From Octopus sinensis (taxonomy: Eukaryota): DNA of 64,000 nucleotides. Both the position numbers and the translations under genes were made by a program. Each line of letters opens with the position of its first letter. The stretch's first letter is position 1. Location of the stretch: contig NC_043012.1 in assembly GCF_006345805.1 (NCBI RefSeq), forward strand, positions 45,384,001 through 45,448,000, given 5' to 3'. Positions 41,466 to 54,308 of this stretch are shown in pieces. A model generated the notes under the pieces. The model made no database searches. It was not told the DNA's origin and saw nothing but the letters and a program-made list of their open reading frames with translations.

Positions 41466-41557
41466 CCTTAACAGGTCGCATTACATACTAGGAGAGACAG
41501 TAAAAGACTCCAAACGTTTTTACTGTTCCTTCTAATATGTAGTGCGACCTGTTAAGG
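41466..41557. mobile_element. 92-bp miniature inverted-repeat element
   Basis: 22-bp inverted ends ccttaacaggtcgcattacata / tatgtagtgcgacctgttaagg with 1 mismatch. Confidence 0.55.
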
Positions 41558-41647
41558 CTCGACAATAATTTTTATTTGAAAAATATGTCTATTGACTTTG
41601 TATACGTGCTAGGCCACTGGTAGAAACATATTCTATAATTTTTCATA

Positions 41648-41706
<59 letters not shown>

Positions 41707-42143
41707 ATATATATATATATATTATATATAATAAATATACATATATAAGAAAGAAAAGAAATGTAGAAGTCTGAGAAAGTTTATACAATAAAGTTTATGG
41801 TAATATTAGGATCATATTGCATCATTACAACATTACAAATTAAATAAGTACCAGTTTCACGATCAAACGATTGTCAACTTATAGAGAGAATACGTTTCTG
41901 CTGTCAATAGGACGCCATCTTTGAAATAAAGTTGACAGAGATGAAGTGATATGTCAAGGGGAGCAACTCTTATTTTTACATGAAGCTCTTCGGTGTTTTT
42001 GGTAATCATAGTTACAGGAGTGATTTCATTTTATACACAGTTAATTATATTACCTTACTAGGTTTTAAAGGTTAAGCAGTAATGTGTGAATGAGTGCATA
42101 TGCATGTATTTATGCTCTAATATCTCATTTTCTCTCCTGTGAA

Positions 42144-42176
<33 letters not shown>

Positions 42177-42177
<1 letters not shown>

Positions 42178-42515
42178 ATTATTAGTGAATTGAAGAAATG
42201 GAGCTGAACGAAGATTGAACAGAAATCGTTTTATTTCATTCTACACGTGTTTCGAAAGGCACAACTTACCAAAATCCGATTGAATAATGAGACCATATTG
42301 TGTCTTTCTCTTCAGGAAGAAATAGGAAATCCGTTGGAAAAACCAAAAACAGAACAGAGGCGGAGCAAAACAAGTCGAACTAGGCTCCTAAGAGCCCATG
42401 GCCAAACATTATTCAATCGGATTTTGGTAAATTGTGCCTTTCGAAACACGTGTAGAATGAAATAAAACGATTTCTGTTCAATCTTCGTTCAGCTCCATTT
42501 CTTCAATTCACTAAT
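42177..42515. repeat. Inverted repeat (~110-bp arms), PLE terminal-repeat-like
   Basis: 42177-42288 vs 42409-42515 are reverse complements with 1 mismatch seen. Confidence 0.9.
42232..42324 (-). ncRNA. Type I hammerhead ribozyme candidate (intact core)
   Basis: UAUUUCUUC-CUGAAGA-GAAAGACACAA-(33 nt)-UUGUGCCUUUC-GAA-ACACGUGU-A-GAAUGAAAUA: 9-bp bulged helix I, 11-bp helix II, palindromic helix III and GUA site. Confidence 0.72.
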
Positions 42516-42539
42516 AATATTAAAATTCAATTATCCGCA

Positions 42540-43290
42540 CCAACGCACGGTTGCAACACCATATGGTTGTACCTCCAAAAACAGATTTAAGACTACAAGA
42601 ACTGAAAAACGTCCTCCTGGATGGACACTACCGGATCCAACTCATTAATGAAGGAATAAGACGTGCCAAATCTATCAACACTGAGATATTAAGAAAACCC
42701 AAAGACATTAACAAACCTCTCATTAAAACACTACCCTACATTTCCACATACAACCCCAGAAACAAAGAGGCATTCAGCACTATCATACAAAACCTACCAA
42801 TGCTACACAAGAACTAAAAACTGAAAAGCAACAAACAACCTAAGTCATTAAAGAAATTACTAACGAATGCAAAATTATTCCCCTCCACAACAAGCCCCAA
42901 AGTAAAGAAAAAATGTAATCGTCTCAACTGTGGTAAATACTCCAACATTTTGGAAGGGTCAGAATACTATTTTAAACAAGGGAAACACTTTACAATTAAA
43001 TAAAATTTCCCTTGTGCGTCCGAAAAATTGATCTGCGTAATTAGATGCTCGGGCTGCCAGAAAGACTGTATCGATAGCACGGGGGATTCCATCCGTAAAC
43101 GTTGTACGGTGCATCGTCAACAGGTAGCCTGACCATAATACCGCCAAATTCATCTCAGTGAACATATCGAAGTATGTACAAAACAAATACACCATAAATT
43201 CATTATCTTCCCTCTATATAAATTTGCTGACTGGACTCACCTGAGTCATAAGAGGTCCAACATGACTCTTATGAAGAAAGAATTCATATC
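42540..43290 (+). pseudogene. Penelope-like element C-terminal region with GIY-YIG endonuclease remnant
   Basis: RLQELKNVLL...LPYISTYNP, KQPKSLKKLLTNAK, KCNRLNCG, KLICVIRCSGCQKDCIDSTGDSIRKRCTVHRQQ and SEHIEVC. Confidence 0.85.
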
Positions 43291-43618
43291 TTGGCAATTG
43301 CTTTGTCGTTCATTTTCTATTGGACTGATATAGTTTATTCAATTATTGAACTTCAACATATACAAACAAGGTATATATGTATGCCAACCACAATTTGTAG
43401 GTATAAATTACTGTTGATACTTATATGTATATATATATATATTATATATATATATATATTATATATATATATATATTATATATATATATATATATTATAT
43501 ATATATAATATATATATATATAATATATAATGTGAAATAGAAAGAGGAATAATCTTGTAGCAGATTAATCAAAGTTTAACCGATACCTTGGTAGCAAAAA
43601 TCACAGCAGAAGACAGCA

Positions 43619-43681
43619 CGTCTGAAACCGGTACAAAATTTTTTATATAATTGTTTTAACATTTTCTATCTTGACTTTTTT

Positions 43682-43762
<81 letters not shown>

Positions 43763-43855
43763 ATATATATATATATATATATATATATGTGAAAAAAGTC
43801 AAGATAGAAAATGTTAAAACAATTATATAAAAAATTTTAGTACCGGTTTCAGACG
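43619..43855. repeat. Inverted repeat (~70-bp arms) around (TA)n
   Basis: cgtctgaaaccggtac...ttttttcacat and its reverse complement. Confidence 0.9.
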
Positions 43856-44182
43856 TTGGGACTTTTTCAACTGTAAGTATGGAAAACAATTAAATTTTGG
43901 AAAAGTTAAAGGAAAAGTTTTTTAAAAGAATATTTGCATAGTATTCAAATGCAAGGGGCATTTTCCTCGTTTCTGCCTGTCTCTGCCTCTCTTTCTTGTA
44001 ACCTTTCCAAAATTGAATTGTTTTCCGTACTTACAATTAAAAAAGTCTCAATGACTGAAACCGGAACTGAAATGTCTTTTATAAAATTATTTTAGCATTT
44101 TCTACCTTGACTATTTTCCCATATATATCAACTCGTGTTTTCCTTTTCAACCTTCTACATACATACATATATACATACATAC

Positions 44183-44271
<89 letters not shown>

Positions 44272-44272
<1 letters not shown>

Positions 44273-45868
44273 AGTGGCGGCCAAAATGTTCATAACGGCA
44301 TAGTTTTCGTCAGAAAAGTAGATATAATTTTTTTATCAAAGTTGTTTTATATTCTATAATTTTCACAGACAATAAATACGATATTATTTGTTATTGCCTG
44401 AGATTTTGGTGTAATTTGAGAGGATAATACAAAAGTTATGGATGATTTAGTGATTTACTGCAAGACCCATGGCGGCCAAAAGGATCAGAACGGTTGCTTT
44501 TACTCCGTGTTTTAGTATATTTAACCAGCGAACTCTAATGTTTTGAATTTGTATACGTGGCGGTTCGTTTACTAAACATTAGTAAGAATATTTGCAGTGT
44601 ACTTTGTTAATATAATGCTACTTACTCCGTTACCAATTCGTCAGCAGATTATTAAACTTCGAAGGAAGGATAATTTAAGTATTGGATCTATTGCAAAGAT
44701 TGTTAACAAGTCAAAAAGTGTTGTACACGGTATTCTTAAGGCCTACGATGATTGTGGTTCGTGTGAAGCAAGAAAGTTTACAGGTAGGCCAAGAAAAACG
44801 ACCAAGAGAGAAGATCGTGCTATGGTAAAGTTGGTTAAAAAGGACAGATTTAAAACTGCTGCTGCTGTTGCTCGGAAAATGAGCATTGTATTGAAGAAAA
44901 CTTTATCTCGAAAAACTGTGTCTCGTCGTTTAGTTGAACATGACCTACAAGCAAGAGCATCTGCAGTGAAGCCACTGATCAGCTCCAAGAATAAAAAGTG
45001 TCGTCTTACCTTTGCAACCAAACATGTGTTGTGGTCTCAAGAAAAATGGCAAACGGTGCATTTCAGTGATAAATCTAAGTTTATGTTATTTGGCTTAGAT
45101 GGGAAAAGTAGGTGAAAAATTGTCGCCTAAATGCCTTAAGACTAGTGTTAAATTCAGTGGAGGAAGTGTCATGGTTTGGGGGATGATATCTGGAGATGGT
45201 GTGGGCCCTTTGGTGCGATTACATGGAAAGGTAAATGCAGGAGTTTATAAACAACTTGTAAAATATCATGTCTTGCCTGTGCTGAGAAATTCAACTAAGC
45301 GACCACCCATATTCATGCAGGACAATGCCCCATATCACAAGGCTAAGGTGGTCATGAATTTCCTCAAGGCTGAAAAGGTTATTGTTATGGATTGGTCTGC
45401 TCAAAGCCCAGATCTCAATCCTATTGAAAATGTATGGAATATTCTAGGAGAACGTTCGAAAGCCAGAAATCCTAAAACAACTGAGTAATTATGGAATGCC
45501 CTTCAGGAAGAATGGAATAAATTGAAAATTTAATTTCCTCATGCAGTCGAATATGTCAGAGTGTGATTGAAGCTAAAGGGCTTCACACTAAATATTAAAT
45601 ATTTCCAGTATTCTCTGTCATTTTTGATTATTTTGTTATTTTTTCAACCGTTCTGATCATTTTGGCCGCCATGGGTTTTGCGGTAAATCACTAAATCATC
45701 CATAACTTTTGTATTATCCTCTCAAATTTCACCAAAATCTCAGACAATAACAATTAATATTGTATTTATTGTTTGTGAAAATTATAGAATATAAAACTCC
45801 TGTGCTAAAAACTTATACTTACTTTTCTGACAAAAACAATGTCGTTCTGAACATTTTGACCGCAACTG
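44272..45868 (+). mobile_element. Near-complete Tc1 DNA transposon (DD34E), frameshifted
   Basis: TIRs cagtggcggccaaaatgttc / gaacattttgaccgcaactg, long subterminal inverted repeats, inserted in (TA)n. ORFs 44597-45115 and 45099-45488 carry HTH, HFSDKSKF, QDNAPYH and SPDLNPIE, with 34 residues between D and E. Confidence 0.95.
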
Positions 45869-45903
<35 letters not shown>

Positions 45904-46674
45904 AACACGCACACACTCTCTCACACACATACACACATATGCAGATACACAAAAATAACAACATATTAAAAAAATGCATTTGAGAGAGAAGCAAACGATA
46001 AAGTAAAATAAGACTATATCCATTTAAAGATTCGTATAAAATGTCTGATTGAAGGAGAAATCTATTGTCAGAAATTTCGCTACATCTGCGTGATATCATC
46101 GGCAAGCATTTTGCATCAAAGCCTCCTGAAGTTCAGTATATAGCAATGCAAAAATTCCTTGTGTTTATGTTTACACTTGCACACATACACGAACTCTTAC
46201 AAACCTGAACAACCGCATGCATACTTGAATAGCTCTGTATTTGTATCTCCTTGTATCACTGCTTATATTCTATGCTTCTTGTTGCTTGGTATAAACCATC
46301 CCTAGCGGGATATTTTGCCTATTAATTTATTGGATAATCTCAGTTGATGGAAGTTTTTCAGCTACTATATGTAAGAGCTTCATGTATACCTACTATACAA
46401 AACACTCCTCTAAGTTATTTTCCTGCATCCATATTGTTGAAATTCATGATCAATGCTATTATATAACCTCCGTTTCTACATATATTGATTACTCTTAATC
46501 TTGGCAACTGAGCAGAATATGCTTCGTTTAGGAAATCTAATTAAACGAAAAGATATCCGCTGCTTTCTCCATCTTTTAAAAAATCAGATCCATTACAAAC
46601 TACATTGTCTGTATTATAGGAAGAATTTGAAATCAGCTTATAATAAATATCTTCTTTTCTCATTTGCTTCTATG

Positions 46675-46915
46675 AGGGGACGCGTGGATCAATGGTTGCG
46701 AATGTTAGACTCACGAGCATAAGAGTGTCGTCTCGATTTCGGGTGTGTACGTTGTGTTCTTAAGCAAACCACTTCGTTTCACGTTGCTCCAGTCCACTCA
46801 GCTGGCAAAAATGAGTAAATCTTGGACGGACCGGAACCCCATCTATTTCGGATACATGCGCTACAGACACCGGGAAACTGGTCTTATAAGTCTATATGAC
46901 TTGGTGAGGAAAGGG
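46675..46915 (+). mobile_element. tRNA-derived SINE (same family as 5975-6172)
   Basis: Shared cacgttgctccagtccactcagctggcaaaaatgagta core. Confidence 0.7.
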
Positions 46916-47754
46916 GCTATTATCTTTTTTCCGTTTTGTTGTATAGATTTGGAATACATGGAAGGAACTTTGTTTCCTATTAATTGCGACAATAATTGGG
47001 ATTGATCGAAGTTTTAAAACTCAATTTATTATATAATTTATATAATTTATTATATAATTCTTTATACGTTTGTACTTAATATTAAGAGGCGGAGGTATTT
47101 TTGTCTTAGCCATTTTCTGCTATTCGCAGTCAATGTAACTATATTCCATGTCTGGCTAAATGTATTGATCACCCTTGATGCTGAGAAGAATGTCCTTGGA
47201 TGAGGTGATCTAATAACACAAACACCAGTTGTACCTTTTGTCAGTCAGTTTAAAATACCGAATCGACAGCAACTTTCATTACGTACGCTAGAGAAAAACT
47301 CGATCAACTTTTCATATTGATACCTTACTTTTTCTATACGATTTTAAACAGTCCAAGGTGGGTATTTTGTCCACTATCAACTTAGATAATCTCAGTTTTC
47401 CATCTTACTATATTACCTACGTAAGATATTATCCACTTTGTATCTTGTAGAGCGTTCCTTCAAGAAATTGCTTATGTCTCTTCAAAAAGTTCATTATTCA
47501 CCTACGCTAGTTCTCAATGTTAAAATTCTAACCTAAACATTTAGTTAACAGAAGAACTCCTTTGTTTTCGATTCAACAACCAATTTATAGAGATCCTCAA
47601 CTGTAATGTATCTATGTATTCAATCCTAGTTGAAGTCTAGTCAGCGGACATAATTTTTACAAATACATCAGATATACTGAGAGAAAAAAATATCCTTAAA
47701 ATTCAAATATATAACTGCAAGAGTGCTGGCAAAGAATTAACAGATATCAATGTT

Positions 47755-48145
47755 AATATTGGCTTCAGATTTTGACACAAGGCCAGTAACTTTGGGAGAG
47801 GGCGCAAACTGAATCCCAGTGATCAAATGGTACTTATTTTTATTGATCTAGAAAAGATGAAAGGCAAATAGAGTTCACTTTAAAATTTGAGCTCAACGTA
47901 AAGATGGACAAAATATCGCGAAACGTTATGTCCAGTGCGCCAAAAATCCTCCAGCTCACCGCCTTATATCAATACTAATATTCGTTTCAAATTTCGGCAC
48001 AAGGCCAGCAATTACAAGGGTGTGGTAAATCAATTACATCACTCCCCAGTTCTCAACTGTTGTTATTTTATCGACCAAGAAAGGGTGAAAGACAAAGTCG
48101 ATTCGGAGGAGTTGAACACCAGACGTACGGAATACTGCTAAGCAC
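47755..48145 (-). mobile_element. Two tandem diverged SINE copies
   Basis: Repeated ...cacaaggccag...tatttt.t.gac...gaaag units; related to + strand copy 53490-53680. Confidence 0.6.
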
Positions 48146-48559
48146 TTTGTGTGGGTGCGTGTGTGCGTGTGTGTGTGTGGTGTGTGTGTGTGTGTGTGGT
48201 GTGTGTGTGTGTTTCTATACACTTGGCTGCGAGCATAAATATTTCACTTCAAAACCACTATCTACCTCCAGTTGTTATCCCCCTGTTCTGCACACATGCA
48301 CTAATACGCACACATGCACACACACGTAAATATATATACTTTTTACTTTTACTTTTTTTTTCAGACGTCATCAGAAAGAAGTCTGAAAAACTGTTGAGAG
48401 GCGATTTGGTAATACAGCATTCAAAATCCTAAACCGTAGACTGCAGTAGCTGAGGCGACAACTCACGACTCTGCAGCATATAAACGGTAAATGCTCAATA
48501 GATTCTTTGCCAGACACCTTAAGTCAATTTATAGCATTTTTAATGTGTATGGCTCAATC

Positions 48560-50669
48560 TCTGAAAAAGATATGCTCCACAATACATCAGGTCGAGGGCG
48601 ACTGGATACAAGACAAATGATATATTTAAAAAACAAGCCGCGTAGCTAAAAGAACTAGACTAAGATTACTGTCAGCCTGTTCAGCAAAAGCTATAATACT
48701 GGAAACACTTCTGCAGGGTATGTGAAACAGTGCAACCAGATCTCATAGCATAGCAAGTTACTGGCTGAAGAATTTTACCTTTTATCGGCGCAATCTCAAA
48801 CGTTGGTATGAAGAAAGTAGCAATGTGCACAAGAACTGTTCCTAATGGTTATCAACTGCAGGTACTCTCCTCATCTCCCAAAATAGCTAAACCACCCTTG
48901 CTACAAATTACCTCCTAACGGCCTACAGTAACATTATGTACAAATTATACACTGGTTGTCTCAATCTCCTCATGCAGGGTCATTGTGCAACCCAAAAAAT
49001 TATAATGCCTGAGAAAGCTGGAGAAAAAGAGGTGTGGTGTTGTTTAAATCATTACTAATTTACAAAGGGATTCAGGAATAAAAGCAGTAAAATATCGCAG
49101 GTAATTGACCGTAGTGTGGCTTGACTACCAGAAAGCCTCTGGTAGTATACCATCTGGGTGCGTGATCAAGCCTATACAATTAGTCACAGAAACACTGGTG
49201 AATGCCTGAGGAACACTGTACACCACAGATAAGGTTGGATAGCATTCAATACAAAAAAGGCATCTTGCAGAAAGCAATACCTGTCGGTGTTGCTCTTCCT
49301 TCTACCATTAAACCTATTGTTGTACCTATTATATTGATCATGAGATGGATCCAAAAGTATCTCCCATTCTTCCTTCGGTGACGACCTTCGTTGAGATTGT
49401 GTGTTCCAAATATCGACCAGATGAAGGACAGTTGAACCTCATAACCCAATTCCCTGCAGAGGTTGGAATGAAACTTTGGCGAGTCCAAAAGCGACTTTTT
49501 TATAATAAAACATAGTTGTGCCTTCGTCAGACAACCTAAAAATAGGCGGTTTGACAATAGAGTCTCTACACTACAGTCAGGTGGCGATTATATATATCTT
49601 GGACAAGATGAGAATATCAGTTATGATGGACCCATAAAGGAGGAGGAGAAGACCAGGAATGAATATCTCAGGAGAGTAAGGAGGATATGGTCTTTAGAAC
49701 TCAGTTTACAACAGCCATATTGCCCACAACACCTCAGCCGTCCCTATCCTCACGCATATGTTTGTTCTGAACAGGACATTATAAGTACTCAATGACATAG
49801 ATTACGAACTTGCAAGATGCATAGTGTTACCAGAAACTTCAACATCAATGAAGATCTAGACATCCTATACTATCTAGGTAAAGATTGTGGCCGCGCTCTT
49901 AAATCTGTCTTGATGTCAAATGAAGCACGGATTGTGGCACTGAAATTACATCTGCAGTAGAGGAAAGGGTTCAATAACTATCTTGATCAAGTTTGTGACC
50001 ATGTAACCAACAGCGTAATTAGGATACCTAATAAACTTCAAGCGGAATATGAAGTAAGATCCCCAAGGAGCATTGATAAAAACTAATCATTAGAACAGAA
50101 AACATGAGCGCATCTGTTGCACTTGCATTTCACGAAAAATACAAACCATTGATCATGTCACAACCTTGGCAAGGAGTACCAACAAGGTTTATGATACATT
50201 CATTCAATAGAGGAACAAGAGATCCCCAACGAGTACGTACAGCATAAAATGCAGAAAACGTTAGCAGACAACAAATATAGACTGTGTAAGATGAAGACTG
50301 AACACATCAAACACACTTTTGCCAATTGCGAGAGAATGTATTCTTTCACTTGAGACATGATGCGGATGTCAGAAGAGTCTGGAACAGGATAACAAAAAAG
50401 AAAGCACCAACAGACGAAGCTGGCTGTATTGAAACCGATGGGTTAAAAAGGTATTGGTGGAACATAAAAATGTAAACAGACACCAAGTTAAAACACAACC
50501 AGCCATATATTATCGTGTGTGAACACAGGAAAAGATATGTTCTGTAGTGAAAATCAGCTGTCCTTTGGATACTAGTGTGATAAGAAAAATACAAGAGAAA
50601 GAGGACATATGCGGACCATTGATAAGGAGTTTGCAAAACCAGTACCAAGGATAAACTTTCAGCTTAATA

Positions 50670-50670
<1 letters not shown>
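48560..50670 (+). pseudogene. Heavily degenerate R4/Dong-like LINE (RT plus restriction-like endonuclease)
   Basis: WLDYQKA, IQYKKGILQ, YIYLGQDE, EYLRRVRRIWS, YRLCKMKTEHIKH, LRHD and TDTKLKHNQPYII...ISCPLD appear in order across frameshifts. Confidence 0.75.
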
Positions 50671-50671
<1 letters not shown>

Positions 50672-50738
<67 letters not shown>

Positions 50739-50752
50739 ATTATTATTATTAT
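50672..50752. repeat. (CAT)n(TAT)n microsatellite
   Basis: Visible run at the LINE 3' end. Confidence 0.95.
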
Positions 50753-51971
50753 TGCAGCAACAGAGTATAGCTGAACTTGAGATCCAGGAGACAGACCGAA
50801 AATCTTTAATTCATATACTACAAATAATCCTGATATCTGGGACTATAAAAGTCTGCATGATTTTAAGATATAAAGGATGATGGTTAAACAAGACGCTTTC
50901 CTTCGAAACCTTAACATCAGCGAATTCTCTTAATAAGTGCATGGAACAACTGCATTAATTTGAGAGCTTGAGCTGCCGAATATTGCCTTGCATGATTAAT
51001 CCAGAAAACAAAGCGGAATTACTTCGATAAATAAATATTCCATTCGCTGTTGCTTTGTGTTATCCAGTCAATTTATTATCGACTAACTGTTGCCTGTATT
51101 TTGCAACTAAATTTTATATCTGGACTGATGATTCTTGACTATTAGTGCTTTTGGTGATTTGTATAATAGTTCCACTGTTAGATATGTTATTGTCATGAAT
51201 AACATTTTCAAAAATAATGCAAAATATATAACAATGAATTAGCAATAAAAGCATAACCAATCTATATCATAGTATAAAGGTTATAAATTCATAATTGCAC
51301 TCATAACAAACTTCAGCATAAAAACCTATAAGAAATAACGTGACGTTAACTCATGGGAATTCACGATCCTTTTCTGTGGTTAAGACGGGGAATGTATAAA
51401 CAGACTAGATGCATGGTGATAATGTGTGTTACTTTTTAGCCTAATGGATCAGATTATCGTATACAGATAAATGGCCGTACATAAAAATCCATTATTGCAT
51501 ATACACCATGCATCTGAATTAGGGAGACTAAACTATAATTGTCTGAGAACCTTGTTTAGTTTTCCCTGTTCAATCAGTATGCCAGTTGGTTTCTGATGGG
51601 TCACAATGGTAACAGATGAAAGGATAGCGATCATTGCGTAGCTGGTGCTCTACTTCATAGGGGTGCCCTATTCATGGTGGGCTATATCTATAGTATTTAT
51701 GTTTAATGTGGTCATTGATGGAACATTGATGCGTCTCTTTGCTGAGAAGGGGAAATGGTATTTACTCTTACACTGGACTGACCATAATGAAACAGTTCTT
51801 GCCTAAATACCGCGATGACATGAAAGTAAAATTGCAAGATAAAAATTTGATTTCAGTAAACCGTATATGCTACAATATCCGTTGAGCTCATATCTGTTAT
51901 TTGTTCTATAGAATTGAATGCTTTTATAAATAATGGCAATTCTGCTAAAGCACAGCAATTTTATTCACATA

Positions 51972-52193
51972 AAGTATTCCCTCGACTATCGCGGATGTTA
52001 TGTTCCAAACCACTTCGCGATAGGGGAAAATCCGCGAAGTAGAAACAGTACTGTACTGTATATTTTGTTTATTATTTTTATAATGTGTATATATTTATTT
52101 TATTATAAATGCAAAACAACACCACGGAGGAATCGACGTAAGGTTAAATAGTAAACCGTCATAGGTGAAGCGCTATATGGCGAGGGATTACTG
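51972..52193. mobile_element. Tigger/pogo-type MITE, copy 1
   Basis: TIR .agta.tccctcg / cgagggattactg with TA flanks; collinear with 56571-56800. Confidence 0.8.
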
Positions 52194-52282
52194 TATTCAC
52201 GTATAAGTTGCTCTCTGTCTCTCTGTATCTCGTCTGTTTGTCTGTCTGTCTGTCTCTGTCTCCCTCTCTCTCTTTTTTTCTT

Positions 52283-52356
<74 letters not shown>

Positions 52357-52665
52357 CACCAATTATATGAAATTTGTGTGTGCATGCTATTTTCTTTTCT
52401 TTAGTCATCCATAATAATTTTACTATTGACTTTTGGTGTGGTGAATTCTGAAATTAATCTCAACTTCATCGATACTCATTTTATAGAGAGAATATCATTA
52501 GAAATAAATCCTAGCAAGATTTGAACTCCTTGTGTAAAGAAATGAAATTAGATAATAAAAAGCATGTTTTGATGACTTATAAATTTTGTTTATACACCGA
52601 CCTCTGCTCATTTTGATACTTGGATATATGCCAGCAATATAATGCAATCTGTATAGTCGTATGTA

Positions 52666-53456
52666 TTGGGTCATCCCATAACTAATGCGATTTTGTCCTA
52701 CTCCTGTTACTTTTCAAAATTAAAATAAACAAAGTTCTTTTCTAGTCTAAAATATACTCTCTTTCACTTTCTTCAATGCTCTTCCGTCTATCTGATAGGC
52801 TTGCAAAGCCTGTCTTCCAAAATTCACTTGTCCAAGACGAAACATTCCTCCAATACTGTTCTGGCCTCGTCTGCAGAATTCATATTTTGCCTTCCAAATG
52901 ATTGATTTTGAAGACTGTGGAATAAATAATAATGAGATGGGGCAATGCCCGGCGAATATGGTGGGTGGGGGAATTGTATTCCATTCAAACTGCTTCTGTT
53001 TTTGGAATGTCATCGTCGCTGTATGTGGCCAGGCATTATCCTGTTTGAAGAACACCTTTTGCCTTGAAACCAAGGATGGTCGTTTTTCTTCTCGCACCGA
53101 CTTGAATGACTGGCTGAATGACTCATCGAACTCTACAGTTCTTCCAGGATGAGGTTCGTCTTCTAGGCTGGCGTTCCCAACTCGGAATTTCTGGAAACAC
53201 CGTTGACACTGGCTTACGCTTATTGTACGATCCCATATACTGCATTAATATTCCTCGCACTTTCCGTTGCGTTGTTGCCGTTACTGAACTCATAAAGCAA
53301 AATATGGTGAATATGTTCCTTTGTCACTTGCATTATAGCTTTGAAAAAATATCAGTTAAATTCGAATTGCACTCTTCAAAACTTGCACTAAGAATAAGTA
53401 CTCCGACTTTTACTTTATGCGATTTAAAAAACCGCATTATTTATGGTATGATCCAA
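52666..53456 (-). mobile_element. Internally deleted mariner transposon with both TIRs
   Basis: TA-flanked TIRs ttgggtcatcccataa / ttatggtatgatccaa; MQVTKEHIHHILLYEF N-terminus and KQDNAWPH. Confidence 0.88.
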
Positions 53457-53489
53457 TATTATGTCATTGTTAGATATTTAGTTAATGTG

Positions 53490-53680
53490 CTGAGTTGGCT
53501 GGATTGCTGGGTTGTCGGAAAAATGCCTTGTTCTGGTTCTTTATATCACGAGTTCAAATCATACCGAGGTGAAAATTGCTTTATATCAGTCCAGATCGAA
53601 AAATAAAATACTAATCAAGTACTGGGTTCGATGTATCGACTAACAACACCCCCCTCTAATTGTTGGTCTTGTGCCTAAAT
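53490..53680 (+). mobile_element. Diverged tRNA-derived SINE
   Basis: gagttggctgg...gagttcaaatcataccgagg head and gtcttgtgcctaaat tail. Confidence 0.6.
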
Positions 53681-54011
53681 CATCAGCTTTTATTTTGTAT
53701 TTCTAATGATTTCAAATGCCATCGGAGTCAAGTTTGTCTGTCATCTGTCCAGATTCTATGAAACAAAGCATCAGTTGCGTATCGATAATGATATAGTGGA
53801 ATATCTCCTCTCCAAAACTTTCTAACCTCGTGAACATCTAAGAAATTATTATTATATACTTGAAGTATATTCTTGATAATAACTTATTGATGCATGATCA
53901 CAATCCGGTTTCTGTTTCCAAACATAAACATTTCAGATTATATCCATATAGAATAGATTTACAATGGATAGGATAACATAAGTCCCAGCTGGACTTTAGC
54001 TGCTACCATTT

Positions 54012-54308
54012 TCATAAATTAAACGAAGATCCTTCTACATCGCAAGTATTTGCGCACAAACTATTTAAAGTGAAGTATGAGAAATAAATGCATGTAAGTA
54101 GTGTTATTTTTGAAAGCATCACGACCTGTTCATGATATGCAAGTAAATCATTAGAAAGGGCCTCGGTTGAAATGTTATTAGAGTACCAATATATAGCAAA
54201 TGCGATAAGATTCATTGCCATGGCAACTGAACATAACGTCTTGATTTTTATTGATTTAGCTTCATGAATTAAAGAACTAAACGAATATATGTAATCTGTC
54301 TTCAGCCA
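54012..54308 (-). CDS. Candidate coding exon, hydrophobic, product unknown
   Basis: 98 stop-free non-repetitive codons right after a ttacttatAG acceptor-like site; two hydrophobic stretches; no family recognised. Confidence 0.25.
   Translation of the reverse strand, partial: WLKTDYIYSFSSLIHEAKSIKIKTLCSVAMAMNLIAFAIYWYSNNISTEALSNDLLAYHEQVVMLSKITLLTCIYFSYFTLNSLCANTCDVEGSSFNL

Noticed and set aside
45990-46130. Possible minus-strand exon (GGFDAKCLPMISRRCSEISDNRF...)
   Set aside because: Weak acceptor, no convincing donor and no recognisable protein.
46310-47520. Two similar degenerate segments (46310-46450, 47360-47500) with faint RT-like words
   Set aside because: Too decayed to assign by eye.
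48355-48395. Minus-strand CTGATGA-cgtct-GAAA
   Set aside because: No helix II, helix III or cleavage triplet.
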